Positions 11,301 through 26,570 of a stretch of DNA of 64,000 bases are shown here, piece after piece. The stretch comes from Mytilus trossulus. Its lineage: Eukaryota. The position numbers were made by a program, and so were the translations under genes. The DNA is taken from contig NC_086380.1 in assembly GCF_036588685.1 (NCBI RefSeq), positions 4,836,001 through 4,900,000 of the forward strand. The letters run 5' to 3'. Position 1 is the stretch's first letter. Each line of letters opens with the position of its first letter. A model generated the notes under the pieces. It worked only from the letters and a program-made list of their open reading frames with translations. It did no database searches and was not told the origin of the DNA.

Positions 11301-13246
11301 ACCTTCTCTCACTCTCAGTGACTGCTGTGGAAAGTAAACTTAGAATTGATAGTACAAAAAATAAAACACAATAAGTACATTGCTCATACACTTGTATCTG
11401 GAATTGGCTATTTTTAAAGTTGAATAACTATTCAGATTATTACATGTTGCATGTGCAGTTATATGTCTTGAATAAGTTTTGAAAATAATACTATCCAGCT
11501 GTACCAGGGCTGCCAAAAATACTTCAGACTCACGCATGCTAATTTTTTTTGCGGCAGTATCCTTTGATCTATTTTTTTTCCTCTTTGATATTTTCAATTT
11601 TTGCCAAATCTCATGCATTTGCTTAATTAAAAGTTGTCATAACTGCTATGCATGTGTCGATGAAAACTATGGCAATCGTATCCCTCAGAGCATTCTGCTC
11701 TTTGATTACGATTTTCATGTTAAGAAAAAAAAAATCTGTTCAAATAAAACTTGAGAAAGCTTTGTTTCTAGCATGCTATAATATATATAACCGGTTTAAA
11801 TGTTGAAATATATAAGTTTAATGAGTCCCAAAGAACTGCTTTTGTTATTTTCATTAAAAACATATTTTACTGAAATGTTGTTTAAATACATGGTACCAGA
11901 CTTTTATTCATTTTTTGTTCATAGATTAGGCTGTAAGTTTTCTCGTTTCAATTGTTTTTATATTGTCATTTCGGGGCCTCTCATAACTAACTATGCGGTA
12001 TGAGATTTGCTCATTGTTGAAGTCCGTACGGTGACGTATATATGTTTTTGTAGTTGTTAATTTCTGTGTCATTTTGGTCTCTTGGATAGTTTTCTCATTG
12101 GCAATCCTACAAAATCTTCCTTTTTATTACCAAAATGTTGAACTATGAATTGCAATTTTTCATTTGAAATACAAAGCATACATATAGTTGCGTTATTGTC
12201 ATGTACAAATGTATATGTATTCAGTAATGTACATCTAAGTGTCCCTGTAGGGTTTTAAAGACACATCATATATAATAGTATTTAATGAATAACCAATCAC
12301 ACCCATTGACAAAGTGTTCAATAATTATTTTGTTTATAAGGAATGTAAGAAAACTGAGACAAATGTAAAATTAATATTCTACTTTGAAAGGGCGAACGGC
12401 AATGGTAGCATAGTCATACGCACATCTTCAATTGTAATTTGTAATTAACACAGAAATCAAATGAAACTAATTCTATGTGCACCAGGATATGCAGAAAAAG
12501 TGACGATATAGTATATTGGACAAATATCGAGAACAATACTGCTGAAATTCAGTGATGGTTCAATGGCACTTCTCATTATCTATCAATCAGCCATTACACG
12601 TGATCAGCGACAGATGCACATGCATGTACGTGCATTTTGTTTACATGAAATCGAACCTAAGATAATCAGTAAGGTATTTATAGAACAGAACTATATATAG
12701 CTGATTTGACGATGTTTCTCGTCATTATAAATTGAAATTGAAGCTGCTAGACAGTTATACAAATTCAGATGATTAATTCATCACAAACTATAATCATTGA
12801 AATCGATTTATGAAATAGAAGAATTAAAGAAGGCATTAAATATATTTTGGCTGTGTCACCAAATCAACGTAAATGAGTGAATTCGTAACAAATATGTTGT
12901 ACGTGCTTTGAATTTATCTAGGAATACCATTCTCACATTAATTATTTGTTTATGTTAACTTTGATTGCGACATCGTTATTAGCTATCATTAACTGTAGAA
13001 ATAAACAAAGATATAAAAAAAAAAAATTTGTTAGAAATCTTTTATTTATTACTCAATAGATATAATAAAATTATATGTCGTTCCCTAAAAAATGCATATA
13101 TATTTTGTTTTGAAATAATATAAATAGGTACTAGCATTTGGAAATTTTCAGTGAACATGAGTATGACATTTTATATACATAACGTGTGTTTTGCCGAATT
13201 CATTTCTTTTTTTCCAGATCAAATTCTTCTAAAGGTTTTTACTGGT

Positions 13247-14751
13247 TTATTCGGTAATTAGGTATCCAGAAAATGTCGACCTATGATTTCCATAAATCTG
13301 TTCCCTACCACCAGCATGTTTGACATAAACTGTGTCACTCTTCTTTAATGCAACCACAACATTCAGAGTCCCAGTCGATAATTTAGTACCGAAAGCTCTG
13401 ACCAGTTTCTGATTATTCTTCCACAAATCGCAGTGTAACATGGTGGTATAATAAGACATAACCGTTGTTGAAATAGAGTAGAGTCCCGTTTTCGGCGCAG
13501 TAAAAACGCCTGTGTCCTGATTGTAAGCGGCACCCATATTTAACCATACTTTGTCAAATATCACAACTTCACTACTAGCAAGATTCTTAGATGATGTAAG
13601 CGATGCTGTAAAAGCTGGCCTTTCCTGTTCTTTTCCAGGTTCTGAAAATTAATTTTCAATGTAATATTCAATTTTCATAACACATGAAAAATAACCCGAA
13701 TACTGTCTGTATTGTCTTTATATTTATTGAAAGGGAAAATGATTTTCGAAACCAATACTTGTAACATATATTTGTATTGTCAGCATATTAGTAATTTAAA
13801 CACCATACAAATGACGTGGTGTGAACACCAATGAGACAACTTTCCGCCAGAGACCATATTATAAAGAATTATATTTAAGAAGCATAATATAATATAAATA
13901 TAATTCCATACAGTTGAACGTAGAGAATTAGAGTGAAATTATTTTCTCTTGTCTTTTCATGATGTATAGGTGTACTTATCGTGTGCTCAGTTTCCCGCCG
14001 AAACCGGGGTTTCGGTAATTCAACACGACAACGCCAAAGGAGCGGTTCTCCTCTTTAAATAACTTTGAAAATTTTAATTTATTCAATAAGTCTCCCTTTT
14101 TAGTTATTTATAAGCCGGACAATAAGATTGATAGGACTGGAGGTATATTTTTTTTGGTATTATGTTGTGTGAAGCATAATATATACAAATGTGATTTTGA
14201 AGGTAACATATTTAATAAACATAGCAGTGGCGTTGTCGTGTAGCTTTGCCCTTTAATTATGAGTTTTGTATTCTTCATAGTATGTTATTTTCTTTAAGTG
14301 TTTTTCAAAGGCATACTTTGTGAAGTTCAATATAGAATGAAGGTTGTTACAAGAGAACAATATCTTTTACTAAAGCGGTTCACACTTACATTCAGAACTC
14401 GAAATACATTTTCATGGTAGTTGATATTTTCTGTCACAAAAGTATATAAACTTATATATACATACCGTTTCCAATGTCAGCAATAACAGCCTGTTTTATC
14501 CGAGGAATCATCTGGTTCATGATATCTTCTACTTCCTTCTGAATCATCTGGTTCATGGTATCTTCTACTTCCTTCTGAATAGCGATCTTCAACACCTGGT
14601 TAAGTTTCGTGGTATCAAACAAAGCAACTAAAGGCATATTTTGAGTGTCCAGTAGTGGTATCACAGTTGAAGAGTTGTCACTATTTTGTCCTTTCGCGTA
14701 TTTCATAATCGTAATTACAAAAAGTAGAAACAAAATCCCTCTTAGTACCAT
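13247..14751 (-). CDS. C1q domain-containing secreted protein, g2 (226 aa; exon 1 14751-14466, exon 2 13641-13247)
   Basis: Same two-exon, phase-1 GT-AG structure. Exon 1 is 286 nt because of a 36-nt tandem duplication (IQKEVEDTMNQM/IQKEVEDIMNQM). Exon 2 is 395 nt with an intact gC1q domain. Confidence 0.93.
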
Positions 14752-17700
14752 TATTACAAGTTTTCTTTACTCCGACTGTTCAGTTAGGAACCTGACAAAA
14801 TTTCGGAAATTATCAAATGAGAAGTATTTATATGCATCGCTCACGTGGTTTATTAAAAAAAACTCACAACAAATAAATAAAACTGTCAAGAGTCTAAGAT
14901 TTTTTGTTTGCAAATTAAAGACCGGCAAATGGTCGCTGTCTTTCATAGTTTTTTTCTTATCAGATATCACAAGGAACTGTTAAAATTGGATAAGTATTTT
15001 GTTGAATGATTAATAATAACGTTATCATAGTTTTAAGCAAAACCGCCCACCTTGGTTGGAGCTCCTGTGGTCGTTTTAAAGTATATCACAGGTCACAAGA
15101 TGACTTTTAAGCAAATTTAAAAGTCTTCAAATTAATGCTTTGAACATGTTAAAAGGAAACAGATCGTCAGTTGAAATTAGATGCCAGGTTGCACGATCGC
15201 CCAACAAAGTTCGATGGTCTCGGGTACTTATTGGTCATGTTGGATCCACCAGGTTATTCACGAGATCTACACAGCTTTTGCTAATAGTCGTATGATCATT
15301 CCAAAACAATAGGGTGATGTGAAACCTCAAATTGAAAAAAAATTTTTTTATAACAAAATGGATAATTGTCCTGATTAATCTTACGAAAAATTACTTTTTC
15401 TGCAGACAATTATTTAATTTGTCCACATTTAGAAGAATTTAACTTTTTTTAGTTGCTTGCTTCTAGGAAGCAATTCGCCGACACATGTTCCGTATTCAAA
15501 AAGACTTAGCGTGACCCTCTCGGAAAAATCGGACGATTGCAAAAACATTACATATGGATATGTCACTGAAATAAACTATTATCTGATTGTGCATGTTAAA
15601 CACGTGCTCATTATCCATATTATAAACTTAGTCTTCTGTGCACGATTTTGTCATTTTTTACGCGAAAATATCATATAATCGTCATCTTTCTCTCCCTGTT
15701 TGTTATGAAGTTAAGATATGGAAGCTTATTAACTGTCGTTTTTTAAAACAGTATTTTACCGATTGTCATTATATAGTAAACAATCAACAAAGAAGTATAC
15801 ATGCATTTGTTCAAGAATTGGATAATCACAATTTTTACCACTCCCTCGTTTCATATGACTTTAAATGACAAGAGGAGTCAACATCGAGTTGGCTAGTTCT
15901 ACGCCATTATTGTCTTGAGGCATCTATAATCAGATTAAACATATTGATTTTGGTACTACTGAAGTCCGTTTTAAAGTTATGAAGGCTATGAAAAACACAT
16001 ATGACATCACAAATAGTGACATGGGATTTTATGAAAAGCTGAACAAAAAATACACAGGCTCATTGAAGACCGATGTGAAATATCAAATCAGGCCCCGCTT
16101 TTATTATAACATGTGAAGCCGGATATGCTTACTCTTCTGGAGCAACTGAGACCACCCTCGTTTTTGGTGGGGTTCGTGTTGCTTAGTCTTTAATTTTCTA
16201 TGTTGTACATTTATTTTGTGCAAATTAAGTGCCTGTTTGTCTAATTTTCTTGAACCATGGCGTTGTCAGTTTATTTCGACATTTGTAACTGGCTTAGATC
16301 AAAATTGATCTCACAATAGTAGAAAAAAAAATCATGGAGTAAAATTTCGAACGAAAAAGTTCCAGGTGGTTTTAATTTAGTTAAAATATAAAGACTCTGA
16401 CTCTAGAATTTGAAGCATGCAACGTGTTTACAGTTCAATTTTCGAATAATTTGCACTCCAAAGAACTAAAAGAGGGACGAAAGATACTAGAGGGACAAAC
16501 TCATAAATCGAAAATAAACTCACAACGCCATGTTTATACGCATCAGGTTCTGTCGACGTTTATCATAGAAATAGATCTATTTTTTTGACATTATCACTCC
16601 AACCATGCACACTATGTTTGTAAACAACAACCTGATGTTCTCCCGCCCTCAACCCAAACTTCTTGAGGAACTAATTTTGAGAGATTTCTATTGTAGATTT
16701 TAAGCTTGAGGGTTAATCTTACTTGCTCACTATTTAAATGATTTTGTTTACTAGTAGTTCTTTGTGACATTTTCCATTTGTAATCTGTCGACACCAGTAT
16801 TCAAGTCAAAACCATGGTTGTTTGAAAATATCATCGCATATATTTTGATAGCACAAAAATTAAAAGTAATCTAGCTGTAATTAATTAATAATTTATATCT
16901 TTATTGAATAATCAGATAGTATACACGGCATCATTGCTTAAAAGTTAACATGAGTCTTGACCACAATTCTATCAGTATTTTGTTTTAGATAATAAACACA
17001 ATTACATTTAGTATTGTACAGTTAAAAGATTTGTCTATAGTGTATTCGAACTATGGCTCATCAATTACACCAATAAGCAAAGTACTGAAGTACTGAACAT
17101 CTGATAACCACAAGTCTGTAGCTGAGGGACATAATCACAAGTGTCTCAGAAAATAATTCATTTCTATACTAAAAATAAGGTAAATGTACAGCGAGGGTTT
17201 TGACTGAGACAAGTTCGTGTGTGGATGATGAATAAATGACGGGAATTCAACCTAACCGTAATAACCATTATATTGTAGTCATTTAACCATTTGTGATCAG
17301 TATACTCTGGTTTGTTATTATATATATATTATATCAGTATTTGTATTATATTCATTTGCATATCATTCTATTCTACTATTTTAATGATAGTGCAGTGCAA
17401 GTGCATGGTGCACACTCTTCTGTAAGAATTCGTTTTTCTAATAGATTGGATTTGGAAAGGCATTCATTATTTCACAGTTTCATACCATTTATCTATGTTT
17501 TCGAAAAGTATTTTCACGAATATTTATTGATGAAATTAATGTATAACAACCGATAAGGCATTTTATTTTGCATTCAATAATATCCACGCAGTTATACGAA
17601 ATTTGTTCGGTTATCAGTCAAAATTCCAAGTCACGTCGTTCTAATTTGAAAATACAAATGGCATTGGTTACCTATTTATTCACCATAGGTTCCATGTTGA

Positions 17701-18545
17701 TTTGTAATTTCCCCAAAGGTTGATTGAAACGTATTCAATGTGCAATAAAGATATGCAGAAAGTGTTTGACAATATAGCATAATGAATAAATATTGAGAAC
17801 AATTCTTTAAGATTCAGTGATGATTCAATGGCACTTCTCTTTATCTATCAGTCCGTGAAAAGGCTTAAGCGACAGATGTTCATGCATCTACGTGCATTTT
17901 GTTTACATGAAATCGAACATAAGATAATCAGTTTAGGTATTTATAGAGTGTGAAGCTGATTTGACGATGTTTTGCATCATTATAAATTGCAATTGAAGCT
18001 GCCAGATAGCTATACTAACTCATATGATTAATTCCTGTATGTGATAGAGAGACATCATAAGAGAACAAAATAGAAAAAAAGAAAAAATTGTAAATCAGCT
18101 GTTAACGTAAATAAGTGAATTCGTAAAGACAACTTTAATATGTATCGGAGAATGTCACTCTCATATTAATTGTGCATTTTTTGTTTGTTTATTGTTTGTT
18201 CTTGTTAACTTTAATTATGACTACATTATAAATTCAATCACCAGTACTATACACTTTTGGCAGCAGTTCACTACCAAGAATTTGTCCCAAAAATAAAGAT
18301 AAAAAATGAGAAGTAAATATTCTGGAAAAGTATTTATTTATTACGATATAAATGTAATGAATTGTTCGGTCGATAACTAAACAAATTCTATTTTTTTATA
18401 ATTTGAAATAATATAGGTACTAGCATTTTTATTTTTGCAGTTCACATGAGTATAACATTATCTATACACAACATATTTGATGACGGCTGCCTCCAAAACA
18501 TTTCTTATTTCCAGATCAATTTCTTCTAAAAGTTATTTTACTGGT

Positions 18546-20034
18546 TTACTTGCTAATTAGGTATCCAGAAAATGTCGACCTATGTTCTCCAACAATTATT
18601 TCCGTACCACCGGCATGTTTAACAAAAACTTTGTCATTCATCTTCAATGCCATCACAACATTCAGAGTCCCAGTTGATAAATTATTACCGAAGGCCTGGA
18701 CCATTCTCTCATTATTTTTCCACAGAAAGCAGTGCAAATACTTGGCATAATAAGACATAACCGTTGTTGAAATAGAGTAAAGTCCCGTTTTTGGCGCAGT
18801 AAAAACTCCAGTGTCCTGACTGTAGACTCCACCAATGTTTAACCATACTTTGTCAAATACTACAACTTCATTACTAGCAAGACTCTTAGATGATGTAAGC
18901 GATGCTGTAAAGGCTGGCCTTTCCCTTTTTCGTCCAGGTTCTGAAAAATAATTGTCAATCTATTTTGTATACAGCTGTACAATAACCCAATACAGTCTAT
19001 ATTTTTTCTATTAAAAATTATACTTATCGAAAGTGAGAATAAGCCTTCACTTGAAATAAGTAACATGTAGACGAAACGCGCGTCTGGCGTACTAAATTAT
19101 AATCCTGGTACTTTTGATAACTATTTAAACCACTGGGTCGATGCCACTGCTGGTGGACGTTTCGTTCCCGAGGGTTTCACTAGCCCAGTAGTAACCACTT
19201 TGGTGTTGACCTGAATATCAATCATGTGGTCATTTTTATAGATGTCCTGTTTACAAAACTTTGAATTTTTTGACAAACTAAGGATTTTCTTATTCCAGAC
19301 ATAGATTACCTTAGCCGTATTTGGCACAACTTTTTGAAATTTTAGATCCTCAATGCTCTTCAACTTTGTACGTGTTTGGCCTCATAAAAATTACAATTTG
19401 AGCGTAACTGATGAGTCTAATGTACTCTCTGCATATCAGTAATATAAACATTAATACATGTGGTCAGGTATTCATATAAATGAGACAAAATTAAGAAGCA
19501 TAACATTATATAACAATATCTTTTACTTAAACGATTTACACATACACTCAGAACTCGTAGTGGCGGATCCAGAAGGGCGGGGTGGTTCCGGGGGATAAAA
19601 AAAACCTTTTTGGGGACGATCAATGCATTTGAATAGGGACATATGGTTTGACACCCACCCTTTTCTTCTGTGTTTTGAACCCTTTTTTTTTAAATGGTTG
19701 GATCCGTCCCCGACTCGAAATATATTGCCATGGCCGTAGTATATTTTCTGTCATAAAAGCTTCAGAAATACATCATATACATACCGTTTCCTATGTCTTT
19801 AATAACAGCCTGTTTTATCTGAGGAACCATCTCGTTCATGGTATCTTCTACTGTCTTCTGTATAGCGATCTTCAACACCTCGTTAAGTTTCGTGGTATCG
19901 AACAGAGCAACTAAAGGCATATTAAGATTGTCCAGTAGTGGTATCTCAGTAGAAGAGTTGTCACTTTTTTGTCCTTTCCCGTACTTCATAATCGTAATCA
20001 CAGAAAGTAGAAACAAAATCCTCCTTAGTACCAT
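18546..20034 (-). CDS. C1q domain-containing secreted protein, g3 (214 aa; exon 1 20034-19785, exon 2 18940-18546)
   Basis: ATG at 20034 is homologous to paralog starts. Donor G|GTATGT, acceptor ttttcAG. Exon 2 is open: EPGRKRERPAFTASL...WLNIGGVYSQDTGVFTAPKTGLY...STFSGYLISK*. Confidence 0.93.
19558..19712. mobile_element. 155-bp hAT-like MITE with 5-bp TSD (ACTCG) in g3 intron
   Basis: Ends TAGTGGCGGATCCA...TGGATCCGTCCCCG, with ACTCG at 19553-19557 and 19713-19717. The empty site with a single ACTCG is in the g2 intron (~14397). Same insertion in g6 (41707-41855), partial in g1 (~7770-7875) and g4 (~32530-32643). Confidence 0.8.
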
Positions 20035-20319
20035 GGTTACAAGTTTATCAATTGTTTTCTTCACTCCGACTGTTTATTCAAAAACCTACAAGAACTAATA
20101 TGTTTCAGAAAAAATGCAAAGTATTTATATGCGTTGCTCATGTGGTTAAAAAAACACCATATCAAACAAACAGTCAGAGTACGAGTGTTTGTTTGCAAAT
20201 TACATACCGGCGAATGGTGTAAGGTAACGTTTACTGTCACTTATAATTTTTAATTATCAGATATCAAAGTGAACTGTTTAAATTAGATTAAGGTTTTGTT
20301 ACAAGATTTAGATAGTTTT

Positions 20320-21378
20320 ATTGTCGAGCCTGCAACTTTTGTTGCAGAAAGCTCGACATAGGGATAGTGATCCGGTGGCGGCGGCGGCGTTATCTAACTT
20401 CTTAAAAGCTTTATATTTTAGAAGGTAGAAGACCTGGATGCTTCATACTTTGTATATAGATGCCTCATGTTACGAACTTTCCGTCGGTCAAATGTACAAT
20501 GTCCTTGATCTCATTTTTATGGTTCAGTAACTACTTGGAAAAAAAGTTACGATTTTTTGTAATGTGAAATTCTCTCTTTAATATTATAAGTAATTGGATA
20601 ACTATATTTGTTGTTTGTCCTCATGCCCGTCAGACAGTTTTCACTTGACCTCATTTCATGGATCAGTGAACAAGGTGAAGTTTTGGTGGTCAAGTCAATA
20701 TCTCAGATACTATTAGCAATAGGTCTAGTATATTCGGTGTATGGAAGGACTGTAAGGTGTACATGTCTAACTGGCAAGTGTCATCTGACCTTGACCTCAT
20801 TTTCATGGTTCAGTGGTTATAGTTAAGTTTTTGTGTTTTGGTCTGTTTTTCTTATACTGTCTGCAATAGGTCTACTATATTTGGTGTATGGAATGATTGT
20901 AAGGTGTACATGTCTAGCTGACAGGTGTCATCTGACCTTGACTTCATTTTCATGGTTCAGTGGTCAAAGTTAAGTTTTTGAGATTTGGTCTATTTTTTTA
21001 ATACTTTATGCATTAGGTCAACTATATTTGGTGTATGAAAATGTTTTATGATCTATATGTCTGTTTAGCAAGTTTTATTTGACCTTGACCTTATTTTCAC
21101 GGTCCATTGCTAAGTGTTTGTGTTTTGGTCTGTTATTCTTAATTTATAAGCAATAAGTGAACTATATTTGTTGTATTGCAGAATTGTTAGCTGTACATGT
21201 CAACCTGGCATGGTTCATCTGACCTTGACCTCATTTTCATGGTTTATTGATCAATGTTGCGTTTTCTTGGTTAATGTTTAGTTTATGTGACAGTTGTAAT
21301 AAAGCTTTATATTTAGGTCTATCTACATAATATCAATGATTAGTAAAGAAGGCGAGACATTTCAGTGTGTACACTCTT
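20320..21378 (+). mobile_element. Non-autonomous Helentron/HINE-like element
   Basis: 5' hairpin TGTCGAGC...GCTCGACA, (GGC)n microsatellite, internal tandem repeats containing TGACCTTGACCTCATTTTCATGGTTCA, and insertion into a T-rich site that is empty in paralogs. Confidence 0.75.
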
Positions 21379-22115
21379 TTTAAACATTGTTTAAAGGAAT
21401 ATCATCCACCTTGGTTGGAGCTCATGAAGGTAGCCCTCTTGGAATGCAAAAACGCTTTTAAAAAAGCCATGCACATATCTACAGGTGGCTTTTAAGCAAA
21501 TGTAAAATCTCCAAATTAATGCTTTTTTGTACAAATTAAAATGTAACAGATCGTTTTGAATTAGGCACCAGGTTGCACGGTCGTCCACGAAAGCACGAAG
21601 GTCTTAGTAACTCTCGGGTACCTATTGGACCATGTTGGATCCACTTGGTAATTTTGCGAGCTCAACACAATTTTTTAGAAAAGTTGTGTAACTATTCAAG
21701 AATAATTTACTTAAATGACAAGAGACGTCGACATCGAGTTGGTCAGTATTTTCTGGCGGCATTTTGAGAGGGAAATGATATATCATCAGATTAAACATTG
21801 ACTGAGTCCGTTTTATAGGTATAAAGGCCACATGTCAAACACATCTGACGTCACAAATATCAATAAGGGATTAAAGGAAGAGCTGACCACAAAATACACA
21901 GGCTCATTGAAGACCGATTTAACATATCACATCAGGCACCGCTTTTATAATTGTCAAGCCGGATATGCTTACTCTTCCGGAGGAATTAATACCACCCTCG
22001 TTGGTGGTAGGGTTCATGTTGATAAGTCTTTAATTATCTATGTTGTACATTTTGTGCAAATTAAGTGCGTTTGTCTGATTTTACTTTAACCATGGCGTTG
22101 TCGGTGTTTTATTCG

Positions 22116-22220
22116 AGCACTCCAGCTCCCTCCACCATTAAAAACTGGCCGCCATGAAATAGCCTATATTCGGTGCTTAAAAGTGGCGTTAAAACACTAA
22201 CAATCAAATCAATCAATCGA
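22116..22220 (+). mobile_element. SINE 3' remnant
   Basis: CCTCCACCATTAAAAACTGGCCGCCATGAAATAGC...AAAGTGGCGTTAAAACAC followed by a (CAAT)n tail. Absent from the paralogous spacers. Confidence 0.55.
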
Positions 22221-25200
22221 ACGAACGAAATAAAAAGTTCCAGGTGAGCTTAATTAAGTTAGAATATGAAGACTTTGACTCTAGAATCTGAAGCATGCTA
22301 TGTGTTTACAGTTCAATTTTCGATTAAATTCGTGGTACCATACTTTCATTCATATTTTGTTTATAGATTAGGCTGTAAGTTTTCTCGTTTGAATTGTTTT
22401 ACATTGTCATTCGGGGACTTTTATAGCTTACTATGCGGTATGAGATTTTCTCATTGTTGTAGCCGTACGGTGACCTATATATGTTTTTGTAGTTGTTTTT
22501 AAATTTCTGTGTCATTTTGGTCTCTTGTGGAGAGTTGTCTCATTGGCAATCATACCATATCTTCTTTTTTTATGTTTTATGTTTCCTTGTATTACCAAAA
22601 TGTTTGAACTATGAGTTGCAATCTTTTATTTGAAATACAAAGCGTACATTTAGTTATTGTCATGTACAAATATATATGTATTCAATAATGTAAAGCTAAG
22701 TGGCCCTGTGGGGATTTAAAGACACATCATATATTATAGTATTTAATGAATAACCAATCACACTCATTGACAAAGTGTTCAATAATTATATGGTTTATAA
22801 AGAATGTAAGAAAACTGAGACAAATGTAAAATTGATATTCTACTTTGAATGGGCGAACGGCAATGGTAGCCTAGTCATACGCACATCATCAATTGTAATT
22901 TGTAATTAACACAGAAGTCAACTAATTCTTTGTGCACAAGGATATGCAGAAAAAGTTACGATATAGTATATTGGACAAATATCGAGAACAATACTGCTAA
23001 AAATCAGTGATGGTTCAATGGCGTTTCTCATTATCTATCTGTCAGCCATTTACACGTGATCAGCGACAGATGCGCATGCATGTACGTGCATTTTGTTTAC
23101 ATGAAATCGAACTTAAGATAATCAGTAAGGTATTTATAGAACAGAACAATATATAGCTGATTTGACGATGTTTCTCGGCTTTATAAATTGAAATTGAAGC
23201 TGCCAGACAGTTATACTAATTCAGAGGATTAATTCATCGCAAACTATAATCATCGCAATCGATTAATGAAATAGAAAAAATAAAGAAGACAAGACAAGAC
23301 AAATACTTTATTAAAGTATCACCACTTGTTACATATAAAATATACAACATAGACTTAGTAAAACACAAGTCAACAACAAAGGTCAGCATATAAAGAGTTA
23401 TGAGAGACTTTTTTTTTTCTTCTTAAATTATGATACAAAGGACAAGGTATGATAAGGGCTATTTTTGGCCCCCTCTCCAAATAAGTTTAAATTGACATCA
23501 ATGATGGTCTTAGTGTAGACACTAGAAAAAATAATGATTTTATTGTGTTCCGGTGAAAGGAAGGTTGCCTAGCAACGGTTTTTATGAAGAATGAAAATTA
23601 TCACATATTAATTGCTTTATCAGTAAAAATTTTAATATTTGCAAATGATATTGTTTGTCCAAGAAGAACTTGAAGTCACAAATGAAAATACCCTTTAATT
23701 TTGTTTATTATATGCTTAAAAACAACCTTGGCAACAGAAATGTTGCCTAGCAACGGTTAAAAAATTGGTACTTGCCCCTCTTAAGTATGAATTAAGCTGT
23801 TGTTTGAAGATTTTTTTTCCATTTGGTGTTTCATCCAATATTTTAAAGGCACAAATTTTCAAAAGTATTTAATTTTAAAAAGGAAGTAAAACTAACAAAC
23901 CTTTCGGATATCTACATATAGATAATATTGACATAACATCTTTAAAATTTCAACTTACCGACTACTGTCTGTAGGACTGTCACAAGCAAGAAAAGGAAAA
24001 CTCCCAGTCGTGCATCCAAGATTCCGGCTGTTTGAGTCTCATGTGATGCAAAGTTGCTTATATACCCTTAATAAACCCACGTGTGGACACGTACATTTAT
24101 CAGATATATTGACGAATTCGGGTACGTATTTGTCAATCGAAGTCAATTTAATATTATCCTTCTAATTTGAAAAAAAAGGTTTTAAAAGAATTGGCGAAAC
24201 AGGTTGTGTTGTTTACGCACAAGATATATTAAAAAATTGACAATAATTACACTTAAAGATTGATGATTGTATCAAAATTAAAAAAGAAAAAAAAACTTGT
24301 ATGTATATTTTTTTGATATGTTATACATAATCAACAGTAAATTAAATTAAGTAACATGAGTTGTTGATTGTATCTTCTAATAGGTTATAGGCTATCTATA
24401 TTAAAATGATGCTATTGTCCATCCGTAAATATTAATTTAAACATTGTAATTACATGTCTAATATACCTTCTCATATATCTGAAATTATCATTATTTCCGA
24501 ATATTGCATCTCCTTGTTTTTGCTACGTAACACATGTTTTAATTGTATTTAATACAATTATATTTCACCGATGTGATAACTTACACCGACGCATGTTGAA
24601 TTTGAATAGTGTATTGCTTCTTTTTATTCGAAAAATAATTTTTGGAAGTTACACATGTAGAATAAGGCAAAACGAAAAATTTTAATAAGTTTAAGCTTGA
24701 GAATATTGTTTGAAATTGAAAAATTCCATGCAGTTTTCCAAAAACTAAAATTTGTTTTATTCATGTTTATAATCTGTGTGAACTGTGTTATATATATTTA
24801 AGTCTTTGTAAACGTCAGGCAATTTAGAAGAATTTCAAATTTGACCAAAAAAAAACCAAACCAAATTTATCATCCAATTTGAAGTAACGTTCATCTTGAG
24901 GTAGGAATGGTAGCTTTTTCGTTTCCGTGTGTCTGGTAATTCGAGTAATCTCCAGGTAACTTTTGGTTAGAATGATAGCAAATTACGGAGTTAGTTCCCC
25001 TCAATTGGTAATTTCTAGTGCATGTCAACCAAATATATCTTGAATTACCAGAACAGGAAAAGGAAATGAATGTTATATTTGTGCACTATTATACATTGTA
25101 TTATTATTTATTCATTTTTTTTCTCGTCTTGAATAAGTACAATGTATTTTTAAAAAACCGGTAGTCGGCATTTCATTTTTGAAATAGAATGCAATATGTT

Positions 25201-26570
25201 TTTATGGATATTAGAAAGCCAAGCTCCAATGTATTACGCTAGAATATATTCATGACTAGAATTTCAGTTGATTGATCTTTTACTGCTGCTGATTTTGTTT
25301 CCCTTTTTTTTTCTTTTGTTATTGTTGATAGTTTCTATTTTTATCATGCTTTTTACCCCAACAACACAGACATGGGTAAAAATCGTAATTCAAACTCCAG
25401 TATCTATTTAAGAATTGTACTTTATTTAAGAAATAATTGATGCCAGCTATACTTTATTGTAGTTTTAACATGGGTAGGCATTATATTCGTGATTATTTTT
25501 GCCAGAGTGATAATCAATTATTTCGATTCTGATTAGGTCATTTACGGTAATTTCTATGTTCGCTGTGTACAGTATTTGTGTAGGCTCTTCCATCAACCTC
25601 CCTGTCGATTTGTATCCAACTAGTTCAAACCAGTTTAATTTAGCAAAGTTGCTTTTCTAAAATTCAAAATTGAAACAAAAATTAACAAATTTATTAACTA
25701 AAACGATATTTGTGTCACAATATAACAGAAAAGTTATAATCCAACCGTCTTTTCGTTTGAAGTCAATTTCTGACACGCATATTTTCAAGTCAGTTGTCAA
25801 TAGCGGTGGACGCACAAGAAGAATCGGTAGGTCTATAGTTACTAAATTAATCGTAAATGTTCCGCCGGTTATGGTAGCATTGGTAAATATGTTCATATCT
25901 GATAGAGGATTCCTTGATAAAATTGTGCTGACATTCGAGGCTTGGCAGGAGGGGCCCTTTGGCAGAGATTCATTTATACTTGCGGTGCCCAGAAAAAAAA
26001 AAATAGCATTGTTGAGTTCCAGAAAAAAATTAAAATATCCTTGTGGCGTCCCAGAAAAAAATTAAAATAGCCTTGCCAGACGTCATAATTATTTGGACTA
26101 TACTTGCGGTAGCTACACCCTGTAAAGTTGATGAAAGTGCACGCCATTGTGCATCTGACGATTTAAAATGCTGTATTACATGATGATTAAAATTAAAACT
26201 GAGTGACAATCTTGTTGTATTTGTAAAATGCATTGGAAACTTCGGTGGTATATTGGTAATTACGCCTATTTTTTTAAAATAGGAGAATGGGGTTCGATTC
26301 CCTGCTAGGGTCAATCCATTTTATCATAAATATGAAACAATTTTGTCATTTCATTACAACAGTTATAATAACCTATACTTTATTTTATATTTATTGTCAG
26401 ATCATATGTTTCAATGAAATTATTATAAACATGCCTTTTTAACAGGATAGATGAAACGTGTTTTTTCAGAGGGAGGGGTTTTGAAGTTAGAACAGCCAAC
26501 ATTAGCAACATAGTGACCATTTGCCATTAGACATAGTGACCATTCGCCATTAGATTCACTGGCCAAAAAA

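Noticed and set aside
11340-11618. ORF duplicated at 45682-45885
   Set aside because: Shared only through the segmental duplication; frame broken between copies.
25657-26065. ORFs 25670-26065 (+) and 25657-25896 (-)
   Set aside because: No recognisable domain. NIFTNATITGGTFTIN is only faintly reminiscent of TE protein tails and is insufficient to call.
26288-26315. GGTTCGATTCCC B-box suggesting a tRNA
   Set aside because: No A-box, acceptor stem or cloverleaf; at most a SINE scrap.
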